NCBI GenBank assembly: GCA_038997165.1
Contig: JAWBAK010000001.1
Span: forward strand, 342,108 to 406,107
Source of the DNA: Candidatus Aenigmatarchaeota archaeon
Lineage (GTDB): Archaea; Aenigmatarchaeota; Aenigmatarchaeia; CG10238-14; SpSt-28
Length of the DNA stretch: 64,000 nt
Direction of reading: 5' to 3'
Shown: piece after piece, positions 1 through 10,077 of the stretch
How the letters are laid out: each line of letters opens with the position of its first letter
Numbering within the stretch: the stretch's first letter is position 1
The notes under the pieces: model-generated
Database searches by the model: none
The model's input: the letters and a program-made list of their open reading frames with translations, nothing else
Told to the model about the DNA's origin: nothing
Program-made: the position numbers and the translations under genes

Positions 1-1496
1 AGGAAGAATTTAGTTTCCTAATAGATCCTACAGGAGAAACTATATCTTTGAAAAGGTTATTTAATGCTGGAGAATATGATTTAAATATAAAAATATCTTC
101 TAATAAATCACGGAAAGTTAAAATATATGCATTTATTTCTATAAATAAAACAATTAAATTTCTTGATTTAGGAATTTTTGAGATAAAAGAATTTAAGGTT
201 TTAAGATTTGAGGTAAATGATGATGGAAATATTAATGTTCAAGCAAAAAAAGAAAAATCAAAAGAATTAGAATGGTGTATTGAAGATGGTGATTGTGTAG
301 AAAATTTAAAATGTTTTTATCAAAAGTGTGTCAATCCTAAAAAATTGATTTGTGATGAAAATGTTGAAGGAAGAATAATATATGAAAGTGGAGAAATAAT
401 AGTAGAAGACTTTGAAAAATATTGTTGTGAAAATAGAAGAGTATGCAAACCCTTTAGTGCTTGTTTGGTTGAAAATGAAAGAAAATGTAGAGAAATAGAT
501 AAATGTAAGCATAGTGTTACTCTTAATATAGAAGTGAATCCAAGAGAAATAACAATATGTCCTTCGCGTGTTGTTATTAATGGTTCTATAAAAACAGAAA
601 GTTGTAAAGATAATACTCCATTCATTATTAAAGTGTTATATGATTCCGGATACTTTATTTCTTCAGAAAGAGAACCACCATTTATTGAAGATATAATATG
701 TATTAAAGAAATAAGAATTAAAAATAATACAGGAAATTTTTCATGTGAATTTTTTGTAGATAAATTTTCTAAAAATAGGAGATTATTAGTTAGAATTTAT
801 TCTAGAGAAGGTGAAGAAGTTTTTCCTATTCATTTTTTTGAATTAAATATTTCTTGTAATTGTAATGAGAACGAAAAAATATGTAAGAATAAAGAAATTT
901 TTGTATGTAAAAATGGAAAATGGGAAAAAGGAGCATTGCCTTCTTGTTTACCTGATGAAGTTTTTGATTTAGATTTATGTAAATGTATAAAATTTGTAGA
1001 TTTATATGACTTTGAAGTTTATTATGAATATTCTTTACTTCCATGTATTTTTGAGAAAGAAATAATAGGTGAAATAAAAGATAACAGAACAGATAATAGA
1101 AGTATTATAATTAAGAGAAGTGGAGAGATAATTTTACCATCCTATCTTACTTTAATTATAGAAGTATTTAAGAAGCAAGATTTTATAGGTAAATATATTC
1201 CAATTCCAACAGAGGATGTTATAAAAAAAGAAGTGGAAGTTTACATTATACAAACAAGAAGAAAAGATTTTCCTGGTATATTAAGTCCAACAGAAGCTAG
1301 AATAATTTTACCTCCCACTAGAGTATGTCATGGTAATGTTGAGATAATAAGTGGAGTGGGTAAATTTAAATGTAAAGTAGATCAAGAACTTATCAAGTTA
1401 TATTGTAATCCTTACTTAAATCGTTTATATTGTTTGTTTGATGTTAGAGTAGGTGAGAAAAGAAAAATAGAAAGTTTTTTAATACCAGTTTGTTAA
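1..1496 (+). CDS. Cysteine-rich secreted/surface protein, uncharacterised (5' end probably cut by window edge)
   Basis: ORF track 48..1496 begins at TTG but the frame stays open to the first bases of the window. Many spaced Cys (CIEDGDCVENLKCFYQKC, CNCNENEKICKNKEIFVCKNGKWEKGALPSC). No family recognised. Confidence 0.35.
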   Translation, partial: EEFSFLIDPTGETISLKRLFNAGEYDLNIKISSNKSRKVKIYAFISINKTIKFLDLGIFEIKEFKVLRFEVNDDGNINVQAKKEKSKELEWCIEDGDCVENLKCFYQKCVNPKKLICDENVEGRIIYESGEIIVEDFEKYCCENRRVCKPFSACLVENERKCREIDKCKHSVTLNIEVNPREITICPSRVVINGSIKTESCKDNTPFIIKVLYDSGYFISSEREPPFIEDIICIKEIRIKNNTGNFSCEFFVDKFSKNRRLLVRIYSREGEEVFPIHFFELNISCNCNENEKICKNKEIFVCKNGKWEKGALPSCLPDEVFDLDLCKCIKFVDLYDFEVYYEYSLLPCIFEKEIIGEIKDNRTDNRSIIIKRSGEIILPSYLTLIIEVFKKQDFIGKYIPIPTEDVIKKEVEVYIIQTRRKDFPGILSPTEARIILPPTRVCHGNVEIISGVGKFKCKVDQELIKLYCNPYLNRLYCLFDVRVGEKRKIESFLIPVC

Positions 1497-1502
1497 ATTA
1501 CT

Positions 1503-1934
1503 TTACCATCTCTTTTTTGCTCCTAATAATAATGATATTTCTTCTAAACTCATATAATTAGCTCTTTTTAAATCTTCAGAACTTTTAATTTTAATATTTA
1601 AAATTTTATCTTTATATTCTTCTGGAATTCCATAAAATATCTTTAAATTTTTAAGAGCAATTTTACCTCTATATTTTTTGTAGGGTAACATTCCTCTAAC
1701 CATTCTTCTAAATATTTCATCTGGATATTTTGGATAAAATGGCCCTTTATATGGATCTCCTCTTTCTCTTTTTTTCTTAAATTCTTCAATTATATCTTCT
1801 TTATCTCCACTAATTATTGCTTTTTCAACATTTAGTACAATAACTTTATTTCCTTTTAATAATTCTTTAGCAACAAAACTAGCTAATCTTCCAGCAATTT
1901 TATCTTTTGCATCTATAACAATTTCTTTCATCAT
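1503..1934 (-). CDS. rpl13: 50S ribosomal protein uL13
   Basis: IDAKDKIAGRLASFVAKELLKGNKVIVLNVEKAIISG and RMVRGMLP motifs and ~140 aa length are typical of archaeal L13. Confidence 0.9.
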   Translation of the reverse strand: MMKEIVIDAKDKIAGRLASFVAKELLKGNKVIVLNVEKAIISGDKEDIIEEFKKKRERGDPYKGPFYPKYPDEIFRRMVRGMLPYKKYRGKIALKNLKIFYGIPEEYKDKILNIKIKSSEDLKRANYMSLEEISLLLGAKKRW

Positions 1935-1935
1935 A

Positions 1936-2301
1936 TTATATTATAATTCTAACATTACTTCCTTTTGGATTCTTTTTAACTAATTCTTCAATACTCATAT
2001 ATTCAATATTTTTTTTCTTTAACTTTAACTCTGCTAATTTTGAAAATCTCCATGCGGCAATTTTTATATTTTTATTTATTTCTCCAATACTTAAAACTTT
2101 TCCAGGAATAAGTGCAATTTCTCCATCTCTAGTATATTTATTTATTTTATAGAGATTTACCTCAATTTTTTTTCTTCTAGGTTTATTTAATAATTCAGCT
2201 ACATATTTCCAAATTTTTGCATTATTTTTTTTGCTGGCTTTTTCTAAAAATATTATTAATTTTCTTAAATATGGATTTGTAGGTCCAGTAGGTCTTACCA
2301 T
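1936..2301 (-). CDS. rpl18e: 50S ribosomal protein eL18 (L18e)
   Basis: N-terminal TGPTNPYLRKLI and C-terminal KGSNVRII. It lies directly upstream of L13, as in the archaeal L18e-L13-S9 cluster. Confidence 0.85.
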   Translation of the reverse strand: MVRPTGPTNPYLRKLIIFLEKASKKNNAKIWKYVAELLNKPRRKKIEVNLYKINKYTRDGEIALIPGKVLSIGEINKNIKIAAWRFSKLAELKLKKKNIEYMSIEELVKKNPKGSNVRIII

Positions 2302-2342
2302 AAATATACAAAAAATAAATATTTTACTTTATAATACATATA

Positions 2343-3293
2343 ATGGAAAATAAAAAAACGATTAAAATGAAAATAAATTTTTGGCAAATAACTACAATAA
2401 TTCTATTTATTGCTCTTGTACTATCTCTTTATACAAATTATACTGGTAGATTCTTATTTATAAATTTAAATTATTTGAATCTAGAAGAAATAGGAAAAAA
2501 AACTGTTGATTACATTAATAAATATTTTGTTCAACCAGGAACTTCTGCAAAACTAAAAGAAGTTAAATTTGATAGCTCTTTAAATCTTTATATTGTAATT
2601 ACTGAATATCAAGGAAATGAAATTCCTGTTTATGTTAGTAGCAATGGAAAATATATTGTCGGCTTTAATCAAGTTTTTGATATGGATAAACCTTTAAGAA
2701 TTGAAAGAGAAGAAGCTAAACCTCAAGAAATTCCTAAATCTGATAGACCAAAAGTAGAATTATTTATATTTAGCTATTGTCCATATGGAGTACAGGCATT
2801 AAAACCTTTTGCAAGTGTTGCAAAATTAATGAAAGATTATGCAGATTTTTATGTTAAATTCTTTAGTCATATGCATGGAGAATTTGAAAAACAACAAAAT
2901 ATAATACAAGCATGCATAATTAGAATGTATCCAGAAAAATATTGGGATTATGCAATTAAATTTGCTGATGAAGTTTTTAGAAAATGTTATGGAAATAAAG
3001 AGTGCGATAAAAATGAAAGCATAAGAATTATGAATGAATTAGGAATTGATAGTAATAAGATTTTAAAATGTTTAGAGAGTGAAGGAGAAAAATATTATAA
3101 TGAAGATATTAAAGATGCTGAAAATTATGGATTAACAGGTTCTCCTTCTTTTGTAATTAATGGAGTTTATGTAAGAGTTGTAAGAAGTGAGGAAGGAATT
3201 AAAGAAGCAGTTTGTCAAGCATTTAATATTCAGCCATCTATTTGTCAAGAAAAACTATCTGAAGAAATTACTCAATCATCGGGAAGTTGTTAA
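2343..3293 (+). CDS. Membrane-anchored thioredoxin/DsbA-like thiol-disulfide oxidoreductase
   Basis: N-terminal TM helix, CPYG (CxxC-type) active-site motif in FSYCPYGVQA, and C-terminal TGSPSFVINGVYV typical of the DsbA/thioredoxin fold. Confidence 0.55.
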   Translation: MENKKTIKMKINFWQITTIILFIALVLSLYTNYTGRFLFINLNYLNLEEIGKKTVDYINKYFVQPGTSAKLKEVKFDSSLNLYIVITEYQGNEIPVYVSSNGKYIVGFNQVFDMDKPLRIEREEAKPQEIPKSDRPKVELFIFSYCPYGVQALKPFASVAKLMKDYADFYVKFFSHMHGEFEKQQNIIQACIIRMYPEKYWDYAIKFADEVFRKCYGNKECDKNESIRIMNELGIDSNKILKCLESEGEKYYNEDIKDAENYGLTGSPSFVINGVYVRVVRSEEGIKEAVCQAFNIQPSICQEKLSEEITQSSGSC

Positions 3294-3323
3294 TAATTTA
3301 AAGAGATAAATTTTTACTTATTT

Positions 3324-4397
3324 ATGAATAATAAAAGAATTATTACATTAATTTATTTAATTCTTTCAACAATGATAGGTGCAGGAATCTTAGCATTACC
3401 AAATAGTTTATATTCTATAGGACTTATATCTTTTTTATTTATTTCTTTATTGATTTTATTGATTATTTATTTCTCTTCTTTAATTCTTTTAAAATCAAGT
3501 TTAAAATGTTATAAAACGGGCTTAATAGAAGTTTTTGAAAGGTATTTAGGAAAGAATGTTGGAAAACTTTCTTTTATAATAATTTTTTTCTCAATCATAT
3601 TTGTCTGTATAATTTATCTAAACATTATAAATTTTTCTCTAAAATATTTTGTTCAAGAATCAGAAATTTATACCTTATTTATTTCTTCAATCACAATGTC
3701 AGCTTCATTAGGAGGTATTAAATTAGTTGAAAAATCTAATGAATTTTTATTTACAATAAAGATTTTAATAATTATTTTTTTTCTTTTATTGGCGGTTTGT
3801 ATTCCAAAGAAGTATAGTTTAAAGTGTTTTGAATTTAATTTAACAAAAATTTTTAATTCTATTTTAGTATTAGTTTTTTCTTTTTCATTTTATACTATAA
3901 TCCCTTCTCTTCTATATATTACTAAAAACGAAAGAATCTTAAAAACTTCAATAATTTATTCAATATTAATTGGATTTTTTATTTACTTCATTTTTTCTTA
4001 TATAGTTTCGTTAAGAAGTGGAGATAGAGAGATTTCAACATTAGGTTATAATGAGTTATTTAATTTTTTAACAATATTTTTGGTTGTTACTCCGTATTTA
4101 ACTCTTTCTTGGGTTTTGGGTGAAAATATCAATGAAAAATTAAAAATTAAAAAAAGAGTCTCAATACTAATTTCGTATAGTTTACCCTATATTCTTTTTA
4201 TATTTCTTCCAAAATCTTTTTTGATGTATATAGAAATAACCTCTGCATTTTTTATCTTAACGATTTATTTTTTAATAGGACTTATAGGATATAAATATTC
4301 ACAAAAGCTTAAAGTTAATAGACTATATTCATTATTTTTAATTATTTTTTCCTGGATTTTAATTCTTTTTAAATTCTTAGATTTAATAATTATATGA
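3324..4397 (+). CDS. Polytopic membrane protein, amino-acid transporter-like
   Basis: About 10 hydrophobic segments. N-terminal IGAGILALPNSL resembles amino-acid/aromatic permease families. Confidence 0.4.
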   Translation: MNNKRIITLIYLILSTMIGAGILALPNSLYSIGLISFLFISLLILLIIYFSSLILLKSSLKCYKTGLIEVFERYLGKNVGKLSFIIIFFSIIFVCIIYLNIINFSLKYFVQESEIYTLFISSITMSASLGGIKLVEKSNEFLFTIKILIIIFFLLLAVCIPKKYSLKCFEFNLTKIFNSILVLVFSFSFYTIIPSLLYITKNERILKTSIIYSILIGFFIYFIFSYIVSLRSGDREISTLGYNELFNFLTIFLVVTPYLTLSWVLGENINEKLKIKKRVSILISYSLPYILFIFLPKSFLMYIEITSAFFILTIYFLIGLIGYKYSQKLKVNRLYSLFLIIFSWILILFKFLDLIII

Positions 4398-5149
4398 AGT
4401 TAAACACAAAACCCCTAAATTTAGAATATAGAAATAAAAAATTGTTTTTAGATAAAATTGAAATAAGGCCCACTACAAGGAAGTTAATAGATATGAAAGA
4501 CGTTTTAATGGACCCTTCTTTTATAAATAAGAAAAATCAGAACGAAATTCTTTATTTAATGTATAGAGATTTGAAAAGAAAAGAAGACAAAGTCTTATTT
4601 AGAAAGTATGAAGTGAGATATGACATAACAATAATTTTTTCTAAATATTTAGGAAAAGAATTTAATAAAACTTTTGGGCATTTACATCCTATTGCAGAAA
4701 ATAATTTAACGTATCCAGAAGTTTATGAAGTTTTATATGGAAAAGCTTTATTTATATTACAAAAGTATGAAAAAAAGAAAGTTAAAGATGTTTTATTGAT
4801 TTATGCCAAAAAGGGTGATAAAATTTTAATTCCCCCAAACTATGGTCATGTAACTGTAAATATAGGCAAGAGAGATTTAATTTTATCTAACTTGGTTAGT
4901 AATAAATTTTCTTCAATTTATGAATTATATAAAAATAAAAACGGGGCTGCTATCTATATAATTAGAAATGGAAAAAAAATTCAAATAGTTAAGAATAAAA
5001 AATATACTGAAAAGTTTAAAATTAAAATCATCAAAAAAATTAAGTTCTTTAAATTTTTTAAGGAAAATTTGTATTCTTCTTTTATTAATTATCCACAATT
5101 TTTTAAATTTTTAAATAAACCTTCCTTAATTATCAATTTACATTATTAA
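4394..5149 (+). CDS. pgiA: Cupin-type glucose-6-phosphate isomerase (archaeal cPGI)
   Basis: FGHLHP...EVYEVLYGKALFILQ...PPNYGHVTVN matches the metal-binding cupin signature (GHxH..E..H) of archaeal PGI. Confidence 0.55.
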   Translation: MKLNTKPLNLEYRNKKLFLDKIEIRPTTRKLIDMKDVLMDPSFINKKNQNEILYLMYRDLKRKEDKVLFRKYEVRYDITIIFSKYLGKEFNKTFGHLHPIAENNLTYPEVYEVLYGKALFILQKYEKKKVKDVLLIYAKKGDKILIPPNYGHVTVNIGKRDLILSNLVSNKFSSIYELYKNKNGAAIYIIRNGKKIQIVKNKKYTEKFKIKIIKKIKFFKFFKENLYSSFINYPQFFKFLNKPSLIINLHY

Positions 5150-5156
5150 ATTTCTT

Positions 5157-6065
5157 CTATATTATTTCTAATCTTCTTAATTCATTATTTATATAATCCA
5201 ATTCGTTTCTTAATGTTTGTCTTTCTTGATCGCTTAAAGATGGATTTGCTAAGGCTTTTAATATTTGTTCTCTTCTTGTAAGAAGTTGTTGTATATAATC
5301 TACGTCTTGACCCCTTACTATTGCTTTTCCTATCATTCTCATTCTTTCTGTGAATTTCCAAATACTACTTATAGCTCTATAAATAATTCCAAAAAGAAGA
5401 TAATTAATTGCTAATAGCGCAACTCCAGCAAAACTATAAGAAAGTAATTCTACAAACATTGATGCTAATAATCCTCTATATGCTATAAGTGCCGAAGCAA
5501 AAACAACAACTCTTCTTACATTTTCGTTTGTTAGAAAATCTATAAATTCATAAAAAAGTGCAATAATAAGTGAAAGGGGTAGTATTAAAGCAAAAATTAG
5601 AAAACTTCCTATAGTAGTTATTTCTAGATCTTTAGGTGCATATCCTATAATTATACAACTTCCTGTTACAATCAAATTTTTTGAAATTTCGTTTGTTGTG
5701 GAAATATTTTTACATTCTTTAATAAGAGGATCGGGTTTACCTATAAATCTTGCAGCAAAAAGTATTTCTATACCAAAAATTCCAATAAAAATTAAAAAAA
5801 CACCAAATATTGCAATATATTTTCCTCCCCTTCCCCAGTATCGTGCCAAATAGGCACCACCAATTGTAATTACGGTACCTAATAAAATAAAAAGAATTGA
5901 TGCTCTACCCCAAGACGGAATTTCTTCTTCAATTCCTCCAAATATTTGAAAAAAATATTTTTCTACTACAAGAGAATAAAAGAAATATACGAGGGGAATT
6001 AGAATGATTAAAGCAATTAAAGCAATTATCATTATCCACCAGTTTCTTCCTACCATCTGGCTCAT
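5157..6065 (-). CDS. Integral membrane protein with C-terminal coiled-coil tail, uncharacterised
   Basis: Multiple TM segments and a charged C-terminus (LSDQERQTLRNELDYINNELRRLE). Confidence 0.3.
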   Translation of the reverse strand: MSQMVGRNWWIMIIALIALIILIPLVYFFYSLVVEKYFFQIFGGIEEEIPSWGRASILFILLGTVITIGGAYLARYWGRGGKYIAIFGVFLIFIGIFGIEILFAARFIGKPDPLIKECKNISTTNEISKNLIVTGSCIIIGYAPKDLEITTIGSFLIFALILPLSLIIALFYEFIDFLTNENVRRVVVFASALIAYRGLLASMFVELLSYSFAGVALLAINYLLFGIIYRAISSIWKFTERMRMIGKAIVRGQDVDYIQQLLTRREQILKALANPSLSDQERQTLRNELDYINNELRRLEII

Positions 6066-6090
6066 AACTTAATTATTGTTTATTAAATTT

Positions 6091-6288
6091 TTATCTTATT
6101 TCAATAGCTTTTACAGGGCAATTTTCCTTTGCTTCTTTAGCCTTTTTAATTAATTTTTCATCTTCTGTTTCAGTAATTTTTGGTTTTGAAAATCCTTCTT
6201 CATCAAATTCAAAAATTTCTGGTGCTATTGCAACACAAGCACCACAACCAATACATTTTTCACTTACACTTATTTTTATTTTTACCAT
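6091..6288 (-). CDS. Small 4Fe-4S ferredoxin
   Basis: CIGCGACVAIAP ... CPVKAI, 65 aa. Confidence 0.75.
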   Translation of the reverse strand: MVKIKISVSEKCIGCGACVAIAPEIFEFDEEGFSKPKITETEDEKLIKKAKEAKENCPVKAIEIR

Positions 6289-6330
6289 AAAATTATTTTT
6301 AGAAAATATATTTTAAAATTTCATAAAATT

Positions 6331-6720
6331 ATGGAAACTATTAGAAAAGCTATAAAAGAATTAAAAGAAGGAGATTTAGTAATAATAGAAAATGCTCCAT
6401 GTAAGGTTGAAAGCGTTTCTACTTCGGTAAGTGGAAAACATGGTGCAGCTAAAACGAGAGTAGAAGCTATTGGAATATTTGATGGAAAAAGAAGAAGTAT
6501 TGTTCAACCAGCTGATGAAAATGTTGAAGTCCCTATTATAAAAAGAAAAAAAGCACAAGTTTTAGCAATAATAGGAAATAATGCTCAATTAATGGATTTA
6601 GAAACTTATGAAACAATAGAATTAGAAATTCCAGAAGAAAAAAGAAATAAGTTAAAAGAGGGGGAAGAAACTTGGTATTATGAAATAATGGGAATAAGAA
6701 CTTTAAAAGAATTAAAGTGA
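6331..6720 (+). CDS. eif5a: Translation initiation factor 5A (aIF5A)
   Basis: Hypusination loop SGKHGAAKTRVEAIGIFDG and ~130 aa length. Confidence 0.9.
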   Translation: METIRKAIKELKEGDLVIIENAPCKVESVSTSVSGKHGAAKTRVEAIGIFDGKRRSIVQPADENVEVPIIKRKKAQVLAIIGNNAQLMDLETYETIELEIPEEKRNKLKEGEETWYYEIMGIRTLKELK

Positions 6721-7556
6721 GATTATCAAACTTTAATGGCTATTTTTATCCATTTTTAAAAGAGGAAATCGAAAAATTTATAAAGGAAAATGAAAAAGAA
6801 ATTAATGAAATAGATGAAGAAATATTATTAGCTATAGTTCCTCATGCAGGTTGGAATTATAGTGGAAAATGTGCATTACATGTATATAAAAATTTGAGAA
6901 AAGTTGAAAATGTTATAATAATTGCTACTAATCATTCTTCTATAGGTAAAGTTATTTTAAGCTTGGAAGATATTAAAACTCCTTTAGGTTTAATTAGAAT
7001 AAATAAAGAATTTATTAAGAAAATTCTAAATAAAATAGATTTTAGTGAAATAGATGAAAATATTCATGAAAATGAGCATTCGATTGAAGTTCAATTACCT
7101 TTTCTTCAATACTATTTAAAAAAATTTAAATTAGTTCCTATATTAGTTTCTAATTTAGATAAAGATGAAATAGAATTATTTACAAATTTTTTGATAGAAA
7201 ATATCGATTTAAAAAATTCTGTAATTATTTTTAGTGGGGATATGATACATCATGGCAAAATTTATAATTTTGAAATTTTTAAAACTAATAAAAAAGAAAA
7301 TGTAAAAAATGCAGATATGGAAATTATTAACTCTATATTAGAAAAAAATATTGAAAAATTTAGAGAACTCACTAAAAAATATTATACTATTTGCGGCTAT
7401 TACGTTTTTCAAATTTTTATAGAAATTTCTAAAAAACTAAATTTAAATAATAAACTTCTTTGCTATTATAATTCTGCAGATATAACTAATGATGAAGATA
7501 TTATTGTTGGATATTCTTCAATAATAAGCTATCATCCAAATTTTACAACTTTATAA
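6717..7556 (+). CDS. MEMO1-family protein (AmmeMemoRadiSam system protein B)
   Basis: VPHAGWNYSG and ENEHSIEVQLPFLQ motifs. GTG start overlaps the aIF5A stop (GTGA). Confidence 0.7.
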   Translation: MRLSNFNGYFYPFLKEEIEKFIKENEKEINEIDEEILLAIVPHAGWNYSGKCALHVYKNLRKVENVIIIATNHSSIGKVILSLEDIKTPLGLIRINKEFIKKILNKIDFSEIDENIHENEHSIEVQLPFLQYYLKKFKLVPILVSNLDKDEIELFTNFLIENIDLKNSVIIFSGDMIHHGKIYNFEIFKTNKKENVKNADMEIINSILEKNIEKFRELTKKYYTICGYYVFQIFIEISKKLNLNNKLLCYYNSADITNDEDIIVGYSSIISYHPNFTTL

Positions 7557-8626
7557 TCTTTATTTTCAATTTCTTTAATAGCTATAGGATAATCGATTTG
7601 AGAAATTTGAGATTTGCCTATTATTGGTAATTTATAATTACAATAGACACATCTACTTCTTTTTAAATTAACCTCTTCTACTCTAAATCCATATCTTTTA
7701 ACTACTATTTTTTTGCAGTGCGGACAATAAGTATTTTCTAATTTATGACCTAAAACATTTCCTATATAAACAAAATTTATTCCTTCTTCAAATGCTATTT
7801 CTGAGTGTTTTTCTAATGTTTCTAAAGGAGTTGAAGGAAAATCTAGCATTTTATAAGTTGGAAAAAACCTTAAAAAATGAATAATTGATTTTTCTCCCAT
7901 TAAATCATAAATTTTTTTACAAAGTTTTCTACAATCTTCTAAATCATCTCCTACTTTTGGAATTATTAAATCTGTAATTTCTAAATGAATTTTTTTCTTA
8001 GAAAATTCTTCTAAAGTATTAAATACTGCTTCGTAAGATGGAATAGATATATAATTTCTTGCAAATTCATTATTTCCATTTCCTTTAAAATCAATTGTTA
8101 TCGCATCTGCAAATTTTGAGAAAAAGTCAATAGATTCATCGCTTAAATATCCATTAGTTATAAAAATTATTTTTATTTTTTCTTTTTTTGCAATTTTTGC
8201 AACATCGTAAATAAATTCTGCATATATTGTTGGCTCATTATAAGTAAAACATATAGAGCTAATATTATATAATTTTCTATATTTTTTTACAATTTCAACT
8301 ATTTCATCTGGTAAAAATTCAAAACCTTCTATTTTTCTTCTTTGAGAAATATCATAATTACAACAATATTTACAAGCCCAATTGCAACCAAAAGTTCCAA
8401 AACTTAAAGCTATAGAACCAATATAAAAATGAAAAAAAGGTTTTTTCTCTATTGGATCTAAATTTGCTGAACAAAATAATCCATAATTTGCTAAGTAAAG
8501 TTTATTATCTTTATTAATTCTTACTCCACAAAAACCAATTTGATTTGGTAATAATTTACAATATCTAGCACAAGCTGTGCAAATAACTCTATTTTTTTCT
8601 ATTTTATAAAGAATTGCTTCTTTCAT
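7532..8626 (-). CDS. AmmeMemoRadiSam-system radical SAM enzyme (PFL-activase-like)
   Basis: CNWACKYCCNYDISQ (CX3CX2C cluster), N-terminal Cys-rich segment, C-terminal CPHC...CVYC zinc-ribbon-like pair. Convergent with and overlapping the MEMO gene. Confidence 0.7.
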   Translation of the reverse strand: MKEAILYKIEKNRVICTACARYCKLLPNQIGFCGVRINKDNKLYLANYGLFCSANLDPIEKKPFFHFYIGSIALSFGTFGCNWACKYCCNYDISQRRKIEGFEFLPDEIVEIVKKYRKLYNISSICFTYNEPTIYAEFIYDVAKIAKKEKIKIIFITNGYLSDESIDFFSKFADAITIDFKGNGNNEFARNYISIPSYEAVFNTLEEFSKKKIHLEITDLIIPKVGDDLEDCRKLCKKIYDLMGEKSIIHFLRFFPTYKMLDFPSTPLETLEKHSEIAFEEGINFVYIGNVLGHKLENTYCPHCKKIVVKRYGFRVEEVNLKRSRCVYCNYKLPIIGKSQISQIDYPIAIKEIENKDYKVVKFG

Positions 8627-8652
8627 AAATAAATTTTTTACTACAGAAAATT

Positions 8653-8892
8653 ATGACTAAAAAAGAGGTAATAAAAGAGGTTTTTATTCCTAAATGGTTG
8701 GCTTGGTTTAATTTGGTTTTGATGATATTAATTACAGTTTTTATTCTATATATTAATTCTGTTGTTCCAGAAAATGAGAAAATACCAACACTAGGTTTAG
8801 TAATGATAATTTTGATTTTTATAATTGTTATTGTTATTGTATTTTTATCGGCATATAAAAAATTGCCTATCTATTATTTAAGGGAAAGATAA
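8653..8892 (+). CDS. Small two-TM membrane protein
   Basis: 79 aa with two hydrophobic helices; no family recognised. Confidence 0.3.
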   Translation: MTKKEVIKEVFIPKWLAWFNLVLMILITVFILYINSVVPENEKIPTLGLVMIILIFIIVIVIVFLSAYKKLPIYYLRER

Positions 8893-8895
8893 TTA

Positions 8896-9414
8896 ATGGA
8901 AGTTTTTATTTTAAGATTGTTTCATAGAAAAAAGAGAGATAAAAGAGTTACAACACATTGTGCATTAGTAGCTAGAGCTTTTTTAGCAAAAAAAATGTTT
9001 TATTGTGGTGATGAAGATAAAGAGTTTGAAAATAAAATAAGAGATGTTAATAATAGATTTGGTGGAAATTTTGAAGTAGAATATATTAAGAATTGGAAAA
9101 AATTTTTAAAAGAATTTGATGCAATAAAAGTTCATTTAACTATGTATGGAATTCCTTTATTAGAAAAATTAGAAGAAATAAAAAAACATAAAAAAATATT
9201 AGTAATAATTGGTTCGGAAAAAGTTCCTAAAGAAGTTTATGAATTAGCGGATTACAATATTTCAATAACAAATCAGCCCCATTCAGAAATAGCTGCTTTA
9301 GCAATTTTTTTAGATAAAATTTTTGAAAGTAAAGAATTTTATACAGAATTTGAAAATGCTAAAATAAAAATAATTCCTAGCGAAAAAGATAAAAAGATTT
9401 TAAAGATTAATTAA
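8896..9414 (+). CDS. tRNA (cytidine56-2'-O)-methyltransferase aTrm56 (SPOUT)
   Basis: RLFHRKKRDKRVTTHCALVARAF N-terminus and IGSEKVP...ITNQPHSE resemble archaeal Trm56. Confidence 0.75.
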   Translation: MEVFILRLFHRKKRDKRVTTHCALVARAFLAKKMFYCGDEDKEFENKIRDVNNRFGGNFEVEYIKNWKKFLKEFDAIKVHLTMYGIPLLEKLEEIKKHKKILVIIGSEKVPKEVYELADYNISITNQPHSEIAALAIFLDKIFESKEFYTEFENAKIKIIPSEKDKKILKIN

Positions 9415-9425
9415 AGTAAATAAAT

Positions 9426-9929
9426 ATGGCAGTAGGACTTTTTGTTGCAAGGTTTCAACCTTTACATAAAGGGCATGAAAGAGCTATAAAGAAAGCTTTG
9501 AAGCTATATGAAAAAGTAATAGTAGTAATAGGAAGTGCAAATAAAAGTAGAGAAGAGAAAAATCCATTTACAGCAGAAGAAAGAAAATTAATGTTAGAAG
9601 CAGTATTTTCTAAGGAAATTAATGAGGGAAAAATTGAAGTATTGGCAATAGAAGATAAAGAGAGTGATGAAGAATGGGCAAATGAAATAATAAATAGGGT
9701 TAATTTTGATGAAGTTTATACTGCTAGCGATTGGGTAGCAAAAGCTTTTGAAGGAAAGAAGAGTGTTAAGAAATTTAAGCCTTTTAAATATGAAACTATT
9801 AACGGAACAAATATAAGAAGATTAATAAAAGAAGGCAATGAAGAATGGAAAAAATATGTAAATAAAAAAGTAGTTGAAATAATTCAAAAAATTGCAGTTA
9901 AAGAATTTTTCTCAAAACTTTCTCCTTAA
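9426..9929 (+). CDS. Nicotinamide-nucleotide adenylyltransferase (archaeal NMNAT)
   Basis: GLFVARFQPLHKGH (GRFQPxHxGH) and IGSANKSREEKNPFTAEER. Confidence 0.85.
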   Translation: MAVGLFVARFQPLHKGHERAIKKALKLYEKVIVVIGSANKSREEKNPFTAEERKLMLEAVFSKEINEGKIEVLAIEDKESDEEWANEIINRVNFDEVYTASDWVAKAFEGKKSVKKFKPFKYETINGTNIRRLIKEGNEEWKKYVNKKVVEIIQKIAVKEFFSKLSP

Positions 9930-9947
9930 TTTTTTTAATTTTTTAAT

Positions 9948-10022
9948 TAGCGGGGGGTGGATTTGAACCACCGACCTCCGGGTTATGAGCCCGGCGGGCA
10001 CTCCAGGCTGCCCTACCCCGCT
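9948..10022 (-). tRNA. Initiator tRNA-Met (CAT)
   Basis: Reverse complement AGCGGGG..GGGCTCATAACCC..TTCAAATCC..CCCCGCT-A shows an A1:U72 pair and three G:C pairs closing the anticodon stem, both archaeal initiator hallmarks. Confidence 0.9.
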
Positions 10023-10077
10023 ATCACTATAATTTATTTTATTTTTTGAATGAAATAAATTATTTTCAAAAATATTT

